Part shown: positions 10,387 to 20,000 of the stretch, one piece after another
Numbering within the stretch: the stretch's first letter is position 1
Layout of the letters: every line of letters starts with the position of its first letter
Origin: Folioceros fuciformis
Lineage: Eukaryota
Length of the DNA stretch: 20,000 nucleotides
Reading direction: 5' to 3'
Assembly (NCBI GenBank): GCA_049999805.1
Contig: JBNGIO010006284.1
Location: forward strand, 214,049-234,048
Notes under the pieces: model-generated
What the model was told of the DNA's origin: nothing
The model's database searches: none
The model's input: only the letters and a program-made list of their open reading frames with translations
Program-made: the position numbers and the translations under genes

Positions 10387-11302
10387 CGAACAGACCACCA
10401 CGCGAAAAGGCCACGCGGCACCGCCCACCAAGCGATCGAGCAAGATGCAATAGCATAGTCTCTCACGATCGCGCAAATCTTCATATATACGCATCGAGCA
10501 GCATTTAATTTCGCACGAGCTGGAAGATCGGCATCAGATTTTGCAGTTTTGAAGCTGTGGAGCTCTGTCACTCCTAAAATTAGCCTGCCAGACCTTTAAT
10601 TAGCCCTGCAAATATGTTTGTCTCCCACCATTTGTATCTGTCCGGAAACGATTCGCCAGACTACGAATCTTGTCAGGGAAGATCATCATCCGTCGGACAT
10701 CAAAGATAGCAGTTATTGTTTGCCCACTTCTCTCTTGTTGTTGCAGCGTACACGCATCAAACCAAAGCTGTATGTACACACTGCAATGTAATTTTTGTAC
10801 ACGATGTAGCCTGAGCGTATGTACACTCCGCCCTCCCTAAATGGAAATTCCATAAATTACGTTCCGCCTCGATGGACCTTCGGCCCTACTCGTAATTGTT
10901 TCTTATGTTTAAAAATAGATTAAATGAGAATTATCTAGATAATAATAATAATTTTTAAAAAATAATTTTTAGAATAAATTATCAGTTTTATATTATATTT
11001 TTACTGAAAAATATTGTATGCTAACCATTTATGAGAGTTTTTTGAATAATTAAATAAAATACTGCATACTACCTAAGGGTACAAGTTATTGTGTGTTACA
11101 AGTTTTTTCTACAACATTGCCAAGATCGGTGTGTACAATGTTGAATGATGGTTTTGATTTTGTGCTTATCATGGTATACTATCTATCTACTTAGGAGCCC
11201 TACATTACCATGCTAGTTTTTGTCTTGCATTGTTAAGTCAACATGGTTGATAGCCTTTTAATGATGTAAAGTTGCATCAACATCAGGATCACATATATGA
11301 CT

Positions 11303-11430
11303 TCCATGTAAGAATGCATTTTATTTGCAACTCAAATGAGTGTATCCATGTAAGGATGCATTTCATTTGCAACTCAAAACTGTGTATCCATGTAAGGATG
11401 CATTTCATTTACAACTCAAAACTGTGTATC
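11303..11430. repeat. Tandem repeat, 42-bp unit x3
   Basis: TCCATGTAAGRATGCATTTYATTTRCAACTCAAA...TGTA starts at 11303, 11345 and 11387. Confidence 0.92.
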
Positions 11431-12005
11431 AATCTATCCATGTCTATTTGACAACTTTTATTTTGGCTTCTTCCTTGTGATACTTTCTCTTGTTGCTTGC
11501 ATCTCTAGCATCCTTTTTAATAACCGGGCACTTGAACATCATATGTTGGAGATCAGGACATGTGTTGTGGCATGTGTTTCTCTAGTTTTACCAATTTATA
11601 CAAGATCCGGCAACCCAATTTCATGTTATCCTTTTCTATGATTGTTTTAGACTCTTGAGAATTTAGAAACTTGCTTGATGTGCACGCATGTCTTGTTTGT
11701 GTGATCCAAGGAGAATGTGTCTTTCAAAAGCCTTTGACTTTGATGTATCTACAATCTCTTGAGAGACACACATGCTACCAAGTAAAAGAAAAAAGGTTTC
11801 CATTTATAAATGTGGCAGCTCGCAACTTACTCCTCACTCGCATGCGCAACAGCCACAACTATTCAAATTGCCAAGAACCAATTGAATGCAACCTAAAATC
11901 AATATTGTATCATGTAAAAGTCTCATAAGCTATTATAGCTTGGCCTTGAGCCACCTCATCATTGACCAACAAGCACATGTCAACTTCAACAAGTGCATTC
12001 AGAGT

Positions 12006-12042
12006 TTCTTAACTATTCTATTGTTGATAGAATAGTTAAGAA
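12006..12042. repeat. Perfect 16-bp inverted repeat with 5-nt loop
   Basis: TTCTTAACTATTCTAT-TGTTG-ATAGAATAGTTAAGAA. Confidence 0.9.
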
Positions 12043-12842
12043 GATTGTTGAAACCCTAAACCCAAACAAATATAGGCCAAAATCGAAACTCTTATTTATG
12101 CAAAAATCTCATGAAGTATTACAGCTTGGATTGGCCACTTTTGGACTGGAAAAGTTTGGGCAATAGGTCTAAATTAATCTAGGAAGGTTTGACTTGGTTC
12201 CTTTTCGCTCGAAACAATTTCAAAAGGGGAGCATGTGAAACATAAGTTTTTGGACAAGGGCCTGGAGTAGGTGGTAAGCGACGGGTGCCTGGAGGCTTTT
12301 TGGATTTGTTTAGTTTTGTTTTCATCATAACATCATGGGTGTGGAGCTAAGGGATGGGTAGTGAAGTGAGGAGAAAAGAATATACCTATGTACAATCTCT
12401 ACATATGTACAGAAAGTGCCTACTTAGGAAAAGTATCTACATAGGGTAGATGCGAACGTAGAAAGGGTAGCTACATATGTATGTTGGACATCTACTTATA
12501 GGGAAATACCTACTTAGGAAAGATACCTACCGCTACATAGGGCACCCCACTTGTGGAAGGTGCTCACATATGCAAGGTAAACCTATGGAGGGAGTGGTAA
12601 GAAGCCTACCTACGGAGGTCGCCCGAGGAGGCCAACCTAAGAAGAGGACATCCTACCCTATATAAGGAGGGAGGATCATATTGGGAAATGCACTCCAACA
12701 AAGGGAGAGGTTCCTCGAGTTGAAGGACAAGTAAGCCCCTCCTTTACAATCGTTAGAACTCATCTTGCGGGTGGTGGTGAAGGGGTAACCCAAGAGACGA
12801 ACACGAAGGAAAGTTCCGTGGAAACTCGTGGCTACAAGAAAA

Positions 12843-13011
12843 GGTGGTTGCAATTAACAAAGGAGAGCCTAGCGGCAACTTAGACAACTGATCCCACCCC
12901 CCTCTATAAATAAACCCAGCCACTCTTGGTGGTTGCAATTAACAAAGGAGAGCCTCGCGGCAACTTAGACAACTGATCCTGCCCCCCTCTATAAATAAAC
13001 CCAGCCACTCT
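12843..13011 (+). repeat. Near-perfect 84-bp tandem duplication containing CTATAAATA (LTR/promoter-like)
   Basis: 12843-12926 and 12928-13011 differ at only a few positions, and each has CCCCCTCTATAAATAAACCC. Confidence 0.9.
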
Positions 13012-13985
13012 CTTTGTGATTCGGGAAAAGGGCAAGAGAAAAAAATCTCTTGGGGTAGCACTGATGATCCTAACAATCTCAAGCGGCATGTAATGCAATT
13101 ATGATCCTTGCTAGATTATTGGTAGGTCTTAACTTATAGTATTTCGATAGCCATGTGTATTTAAGTTTGTGATGACTAGTATGAGAGAAGGGTAGTCCAC
13201 CACCTCCACCTAAGAGAGGGTTTATATGTGGAGCTATCATGTAAAAAGAGGCTGGACAAAGGAATGAACTGCCTCCTTCTGCACTCTTCTCATGGCGAAA
13301 CCTCATAGTCAGCAAAGCGTAGGACTTTCATTGCTAGTTATATGCCATCACAATGCCTCGTTGTAATTGTGAAAGTGCTTGGCAAAGGGCTTATACTCTT
13401 CCATGGGTGCCCCTGCAAGTCGCTTATTTGTGACCGGTTGTTCTATAAGTTGCTTTGTCGTAGGTGAGTGGCTTTATCCGTGTAACTGTTGGCTTTAGCG
13501 TAGACTTTAGGGACAGACTCTTGGAGGTTCTCGCTAATAATGCGAACACACTGCAATTGGCTAAAGGAAAAACTTGTTGGTTTGGAGCAAACCCCAAGAA
13601 GTTGTATCGGAAGGGTGATTCAAAATATTTAATGAGCCTGAGGATTGTGTCAGAGGAAGGGTGGGGAGTGTGTTTTGTCCGATGAAGAGAAGAAGGGTTT
13701 GTGAGTTTGTCTGGCATCTTGATGGAAGGTCAAGACATGAAGTAGTCTTGTTTATGTCATCAATTGTAGGAGTGCCTGAGATGTTTGGTTAGGATCATCA
13801 TACGGAGGAAGTCAAGTAGAACAGTTCTTAGGTCTAGAAATCGTTAAAAGGAGTCTTGTCAAGAAACGGGAGTTGGGGTAGGGAGCTAAAACTAGGTGCT
13901 GAGAGTATTGGGGTCCTTTGAATGAGGGATGGTGCTCTCCCAATGCTTGAATGTGGACAAGGAAATATGTGATTGGGAGTGTTAG

Positions 13986-14188
13986 AGTTAGAATTGCATG
14001 CGGAAGCGTCTTCAGCAAAGATGCTATATTAACAATGAATTAAGTGTGTTCACAGGTGGGTTTTTATAAGTGGTCTCGTAAGGGGTGTGTCCTTTCGCTA
14101 GCCTAGCTAACTACCTATACTAATTGCTAGGTCTAGCTGACTAACCATATTGGTATAGAACCAACGTGGTCTGCTATTATTTCTAACT
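13986..14188 (-). repeat. 3' LTR (203 bp), termini AGTTAGAA...TTCTAACT
   Basis: Aligns with 18978-19166 with 17 substitutions and one 14-bp indel; 8-bp terminal inverted repeat. Confidence 0.93.
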
Positions 14189-14197
14189 CTCCCTCTT
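14189..14197 (-). other. Polypurine tract
   Basis: AAGAGGGAG on the minus strand directly abuts the 3' LTR. Confidence 0.8.
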
Positions 14198-14430
14198 AGA
14201 CACGTTGCCGTTCTAAGAGCTTCGAACTAAGAAAAGGAGATCACTACTAAAAGAAACTACCATTGAAGGCTACCATCTTCGGCTCAGCTATCACATCTTC
14301 TTGTCGCACCTGTTGATGCTGAGTCTGTCGTTGACAGCAACTCATGCAGTAGAGCACTAGTCATTACCAAAGCAAAAGCAAGTCTTCAACTTTAGTTATC
14401 TTCGTAGATAATGGAACAAACACAAAAGCC

Positions 14431-16995
14431 TCACCAAATGAGTGATTTGTCTTGCATCACATAGCTACTACAATCTACAAGTCCAAGCTCTTCTTTGTGG
14501 AAACAGCGTTTAAACTTGGGCAAAGACTTCGTCAAAACATTGGTCGTATGACCATCTGTTGATACATACTGTATCTTCACTAAGCCCTTCTCCGCAGCAT
14601 TTCTAACATACTGATGTTGAATCTCAATGTGCTTAGTGCGGGCGTGAAACACAGAGTTAGAAACTAAGGCGATGGTTGACATATTATCACAGTTAATAAG
14701 CGTAGGTCCTACTTGTTGCATACCCAAGTCTTCGCATAACTTCCTTTCCCACTCAGCCTCCTTTGTGGCTTCTGTGAGTGCTTTGTACTCGAACTCCGTA
14801 GAAGATAAAGATATAGAGGCTTGTTTTCTACAAGGCCAATTTACAACAGTGGAGCCGACGAGGAAGCAATAAGCCAATAGACTCTTTTGGGTGTTTGCAT
14901 CAGAAGCCCAATCTGCATCGACAAAGCAAGTCAATTATAGACTCCTTTTGCCACTAGGCTTGTAGCAGAGACCATAGTTAGGAGTACCCTTGAGGTACCG
15001 CATAATTCTTTAAATGCTACCCAGTGATCCCTTACTGGGTTCTCAGAGAATTGGGCAACTCCATTAACAATATTAGATATGTCTGGTCTTGTCCAATTGC
15101 TTAGAAACATGAGAGTGCCAACCGCCATATGATAGCGTACACTCTCCATTTCCTTTTCCTCTTCGTTAGACTGTGGATAAGAAGATGAGGAGAGCTTAAC
15201 ACCAACAGCACTTGGAGTGGTAGTTGCTCGTGCATTCTCCAAGTTGAACCTCTTGAGCATCTCGGCTAAAATATCGACCTTGATGAAGGTAGATTGCACC
15301 AATGGACCTGTCTTTGTGTACGTGCATTCCAAGAATGTATTTAACTTGACCTAGATCTTTCATTCCAAACTCCTTGCTGAGATCAACCTTGATCTAGTTA
15401 ACCAAATCCACATTATTACCGGGGATAACTAAGTCATCCACGTATAATGCTATCAAAACAAGCGAGCTATCCTTTTGTAGCACATAAAGGTTAGTATCGG
15501 CTTCGCTTTGCACGAAGCCAATCTTCTTAAGATAAGAGTCAATTCTCTTGTACCATAGTCGAGGACTTTGTTTGAGCCCATAAGTAGAACGAAGAAGTTT
15601 ACACACCTTTTGCGGGAATCTCTTATCCTCATAATCCTCAGGTTAATCCATGTAGATCTCTTCTTCCAAGTGACCATAGAGGAAAACTGTACAAACGTCC
15701 AGCTGATAGATGTCCAAGTTAAGTTCAGCACATAAAGCAAGGAGCATCCTTATCGAAGCTGCTTTGACGACTGGTGAGTAGACTTGATCGCCTTGATAGT
15801 CGACTCCCTCTTTCTAACTATAGCCCTTGGCCACTAGCCTTGCTATATAACGTATGCGGGGCTCAACCTCTTCAAACTTTGTTTTGAGTACCCACTTGCA
15901 CTTGACAGTAGTCCTTCCTGGGAGTAGATCCACTAACACCCAAGTGTTATTCTTGACTAAAGAGTTATACTCATTGTCAACAATCAGTTTCCACTTGTTA
16001 GCCTCATGTCTAGCATATGCTTCTTGAAGTGTGAGAGGATCTCCCTCTAAAACAACAGAACTCATAGCAAAAGAATAGGCGGCTAGATCAAGATCAGTAT
16101 AACCAGCTTGATTGAATTCCAAGCCAAATGGCTTCTCATTCCAGAGGTGTCTTGGTAGTCTCTAACGCGTAGGGTACCTATGCTCAAGAACAACGACTTC
16201 AGGTCTCGGGGGTGGTGGAGGCGGTAAAGGAACGTCTAGAGCCGCTCCAACATGTATGTCCCCCAAATCCAAAAGCACCTGTCCTTGTGCATCATCCACG
16301 GGACGATCATCTTCCCCCTCTCGAGCAGGACCCGGAAGAATTGGAACTGCTTGAGGTAAAGGAGCCATGTCCCTGGAGCCATGGCAGGGACAAGAACAGC
16401 ACCAGCAGGAAAAGACAAAGGGCTTAAATCAAAGTGAACAAAAATGCCGTCAGTAGAGCTCCAGGGGACTATGGTGGATAGAAGCTGCATCATCATCCTC
16501 ATCCAAAAGCGGACCAGAGGAGAGAATGCTAGCCTCGTCGAAAGTGACAGTCCGAGCATAAACAAGAGTCCGAGTAGCTGCGTCAATCAAATTGTACGCC
16601 TTGCAACCCTCACCATAACCCACAAACACCAACTTCCATGCTCGGGAAGAAAGCTTATCATGGAGCTAGGAGGGGACATAGGCATAAGCAAGAGAGCCAA
16701 AAATGCGCAAATGGGTGATCAAAGGCTTGTACCCATGCTAGCACTCGAAAGGAGTACGGCCAACAACAGACTTGGTCAGTAACCTGTTCTTGATGTAGGC
16801 TGCCGTAGAGACTGCCTCAGCCCAAAAAGACTTAGATAAGCGAGACTAGGCTAACATAGCCCGTATCATGGCCATGAGATCGCCATTGGCCTTCTCAGCA
16901 ACGCCATTCTGAGCAGAAGTGTAGGGAACAGTGAATTGTCTCTAGATCCTATGCGCCTCACAATAGTCTTTACACTGATGGTTGCTGTGTTCTCA
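14431..16995 (-). pseudogene. pol: Copia pol remnant: C-terminal half of integrase core, reverse transcriptase (RVT_2 type) and RNase H, with multiple stops and frameshifts
   Basis: IN: TVPYTSAQNGVAEKAN, FWAEAVSTAAYIKNR, VFVGYGEGCKAY. RT: EYNSLVKNNTWVLV, CKWVLKTK, ARLVAKGY, YGLKQSPRLWY, LYVDDL. RNaseH: FVDADWA, LSSTEFEY, CDNMSTI, HARTKHIEIQHQYVR. Confidence 0.96.
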
Positions 16996-17045
16996 CCTTT
17001 TGTTTCTATGGCCGAGTTGCACACTGGATGCAAGTTGCGGTCACA

Positions 17046-17206
17046 CTAGCAGTTAGTATAGGTAATTAGCTAGGCTAGCAAAAGGACACATCCCTTACGA
17101 GACCACCTATAAAAGCCCACCTATGAACACACTTAATTCATTGTTAATATAGCATCTTTGCTTAAGACGCTTCAGCATGCAATTCTAACTTGGTATCAAA
17201 GCACTC
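17046..17206 (+). repeat. Inverted, 5'-truncated third LTR copy (17046-17190) plus PBS (17191-17202)
   Basis: Reverse-complement match to both flanking LTRs, ending ...TTCTAACT-TGGTATCAAAGCACT. Confidence 0.93.
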
Positions 17207-18747
17207 GCCCTATTAAAACTTGACTCAATTCGCCGAACAGTTTCAGCAACATTCACAAGATTAGTGCTGATGTGTGTGATCGACTAACAGAGATTTTGAT
17301 AATGGAGAGAGCGTTGCTCTGGAGCAGAAGCTTGGGCTTGGGCTTCGTTGTACTTGAACTCCTTGTAGGCAGCCTCCAAAGTCTCGAAAGCAGGAGAGGA
17401 CGATCTTGGTTTCTCCTTAACAACTACAACGGCAGGTATTGATGATGTCCCACTGTTGAAATCATGTGTAGAAGGAACACTTCGCATAGCCAAGAGTCGT
17501 CGGAGTTGAGAAGGATCGCCACCAAAATCGCCTCTAATTTCTGTTGGAAAAGAGCCCGAGAAACAATTAACAGGAGCGAAAGAAAAAGAATTAGGGGCAT
17601 CATTCGACGTAATGGAGGTGACACCCGTTTGCGGAACGGGTGCGTCGTTCCGTCGAACGCGTTGCACCCGTTTGGGGGCGTCCCTTATCCAACTTAAGTT
17701 AGATAACGGTTCACTAGCGGGTGTGACCGCCCGCGCGGGCGAACGGCCAAGGCTACGTGGTGTGCCTCCCGCGCGCCCGCGCGCCTTTTGTGGCAAGTGC
17801 CGAACCTCCGAGGTCGGCGAGGATGACGGCTGGCGGGGAGATCGCTGCAGGCACGCCTCCCTAGTAGATGGTGACTTCAGCAGATGGGGCGCCCTGGGGG
17901 CCTGATGAGATCTCGCGCCTCCTCTCTCGTGACGATTGTTGAAACTACTGAGTTTCGATGACGATCAATTCATCATCGCTCTCCGCCAAATCCACAAAAC
18001 TCCTCGGCGATTCACGGTCAGTTGAGGAAACTAGACGCCTGTGGGATCTGAGCCGATCAAGGCGCCCTGGAGAAGGACCTCTCTGTGATGAATTTTGGCT
18101 AGAATCGGGCTGAGATTGAGACAGAGAATCAAATCTTCTGAATTGTTCTTATGCTCTCTGATGTTGACAGATCAAGCGCACTCCTGAGTGAATTGATGCC
18201 ATCTCGGACTAATGAAGATGGAATCTTGCTGGCGGAGACCACGCTTGATCTTGCAGGGTATGGATGAGGGCATCCACCCAATTCTCGCCGAATATCTGGT
18301 AATGGCGAGGTGCTTGAGTGAAGCCAAAACCTCGAGTGACTCTTCGTTGATTGGCGTGCCCATGGGATAGCTCCCTTTCTCTTCAACGTGACGTGCTTGG
18401 GGCTGAGAGCAATGATTCCTTGCCATGTTTGCTGAGATTAGTGGCTAGGAGATAAGAGAATGTAAGATGATCAATATAATAGATGTTACTAGAGAGACCT
18501 CTGTCCATCTTAAGGACCAGGCTACTTGCACCCAATCAAATCCCATAGGCTAGTAGATAGGAAATGAGGCAAGAAAAAAAAAAAGAAAATTGGCTTTCAT
18601 TTTTCTACATCATTTTCTTCCCTTTCCTAAACCTATATGAAAATAGAAGACAATAAAATTTAATTTTTATAAATATAGAAGAACTAAATTCATTGTGAGG
18701 CTTGAGAAAGCTCTTCTATTAAGTCACATTAAGTGACGATGGGGACC

Positions 18748-18825
18748 TCATCGTAGCTGCCTTTTTGTGGTCATCATCGTAGCTGTCTTTTTGTGGTCAT
18801 CATCGTAGCTGCCTTTTTGTAGTCA
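18748..18825. repeat. Tandem repeat, 26-bp unit x3
   Basis: TCATCGTAGCTGYCTTTTTGTRGTCA at 18748, 18774 and 18800. Confidence 0.93.
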
Positions 18826-18965
18826 AGTAGAACCAATATGCTATCCAAAACAATTTCTTCTAACCATGAGTGAGCAAATGGAGCTTGAAAGGTCCATGGC
18901 TCACCTAAGTAATGATATGTACAAAGTCCAGCCATTGAACCTAGAGACTACGGTAAGAGCCTAGT

Positions 18966-18977
18966 GCTCTGATACCA
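18966..18977 (-). other. Primer binding site for initiator tRNA-Met
   Basis: TGGTATCAGAGC on the minus strand immediately follows the 5' LTR. Confidence 0.93.
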
Positions 18978-19166
18978 AGTTAGAATTGCATGTGGAAGTG
19001 TCTTAAGCAAAGATGCTATATTAACAATGAATTAAGTGTGTTCATAGGTGGTATCGTAAGGGATGTGTCCTTTTGCTAGTCTAACTAACTACCTATACTA
19101 ATTGCTAGGTCTATCTTACTAACTATATTGATACAGAATCAATGTGGTCTGCTATTATTTGTAACT
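18978..19166 (-). repeat. 5' LTR (189 bp), lacking the 14-bp TATA-containing segment
   Basis: Direct repeat of 13986-14188; minus-strand termini AGTTAC...CTAACT. Confidence 0.93.
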
Positions 19167-19391
19167 ATTAAGTTTTGACTAATGGTCAATAGACCTAGTT
19201 GGGATTTAACTAACCACTAACTCAGGGGAGCAATTTGAGAGATTTGCAACAACCATGATATAGCCACGATAGTTGTGAATGGGTGTTTAGTAGAGATACC
19301 ATACCCACTCGTCCACACCACTTCTACTAAGCAGCACGAGCACGGTAAGGTAAGCAGCTTCGAACAACAAGACGGAACAAAGAGAACAAGA

Positions 19392-20000
19392 CCCCGCTCC
19401 CAAACACATCGTTCAGAACATTCTAAGAGCAGAACGACCTCGCCAGCAGCATCAGAGCCTGCAGGAGTTGCACAATCGCAAAAGGTCACAGTTTGCAGGA
19501 TAAACCGGATGGTAGGAAGGCCAAGTACAGATTTGAAGCGACATGCAAAACAGATATCGAACTACCCACCTCTTTAGCTCCCACANNNNNNNNNNNNNNN
19601 NNNNNNNNNNNNNNNNNNNNNNNNNNNNNNNNNNNNNNNNNNNNNNNNNNNNNNNNNNNNNNNNNNNNNNNNNNNNNNNNNNNNNGGACAATACTGGGAA
19701 CTGGCTTTAGAAAGTCATGAAGTGCACCGGCCATTGCCGCACCGATATTACAATTCCGGTGGAGCCTGGGAACCGCTGACGTCCTCAACCTCCAGCTCCA
19801 GCAGCGCCGCTGTACGGATATGCACGCTTGCAGCAGGGGTGAACACACCAGTCTTCGTAACATGCAAAGCAGAGTCCTCCAACTTCCTCACGCTTTCTGC
19901 AATGTTGGCTATGGAAGCCAGACATTTTGAACTGTTGAAGTCTGGCGTGCAGCTGGCCAATCGCGTCAAGATGGTCCCCACGGGCAACACCAAGAAGCTC
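19392..20000 (-). pseudogene. DUF674 paralogue closely related to copy A (copy B); 5' part beyond the window; three in-frame stops
   Basis: Same 111-bp intron (19459-19569, 2 differences). Stops TAC>TAA (19748-19750), TGG>TGA (19715-19717) and AGG>TAG (19423-19425). Homology breaks off at 19392, before the normal stop. Confidence 0.9.

Larger units (their letters stand above)
13986..19166 (-). mobile_element. Decayed, internally rearranged Ty1/copia LTR retrotransposon
   Basis: Direct-repeat LTRs at both ends, iMet PBS beside the right LTR, PPT beside the left LTR, IN-RT-RNaseH order on the minus strand, and a possible decayed TSD GTTAG (13981-13985) / ATTAA (19167-19171). Confidence 0.85.

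Noticed and set aside
9631..10494. 287-aa single-exon ORF as given in the track
   Set aside because: It reads through the intron (tail VGSSISVLHV...). The conserved C-terminus is in exon 2 (9603-9520), and the first 36 codons are probably 5' UTR.
13424..13717. Overlapping ORFs as remnant of another TE protein
   Set aside because: No convincing RT, integrase, endonuclease or gag motif could be recognised.
17046..17206. Inverted LTR+PBS as captured plus-strand strong-stop cDNA
   Set aside because: After TGGTATCA(A/G)AGC the sequence continues ACT as in the element's own leader, not CAGG as expected from copying plant initiator tRNA-Met.

Overview
Eukaryotic, land-plant-type nuclear DNA from a draft assembly with N gaps at 2381-2480, 6074-6083 and 19586-19685. 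It contains one intact tRNA-Ile(AAT) gene (2737-2810) and a minus-strand tandem family of two-exon DUF674-like genes: one intact copy (9520-10386), a divergent copy (7918-8697), a heavily decayed remnant (~7192-7560) and a close but pseudogenised paralogue running off the right edge (19392-20000). Between the two closest paralogues lies a repeat block containing a decayed, rearranged Ty1/copia element (13986-19166). Its LTRs end in AG...CT rather than TG...CA, its gag/protease region is replaced by an inverted LTR+PBS fragment plus ~1.75 kb of unrelated sequence, and its 5' LTR has lost its TATA box. A probable non-autonomous TIR element (~4645-6693) with internal tandem repeats and a long hairpin is also present. 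The most notable signals are the non-canonical LTR termini and a ~130 bp, almost purely nonsynonymous hypervariable patch between otherwise ~98-99% identical DUF674 paralogues. All family calls come from motif recognition by eye; no database search was run, and I see no firm evidence of a wholly new system.
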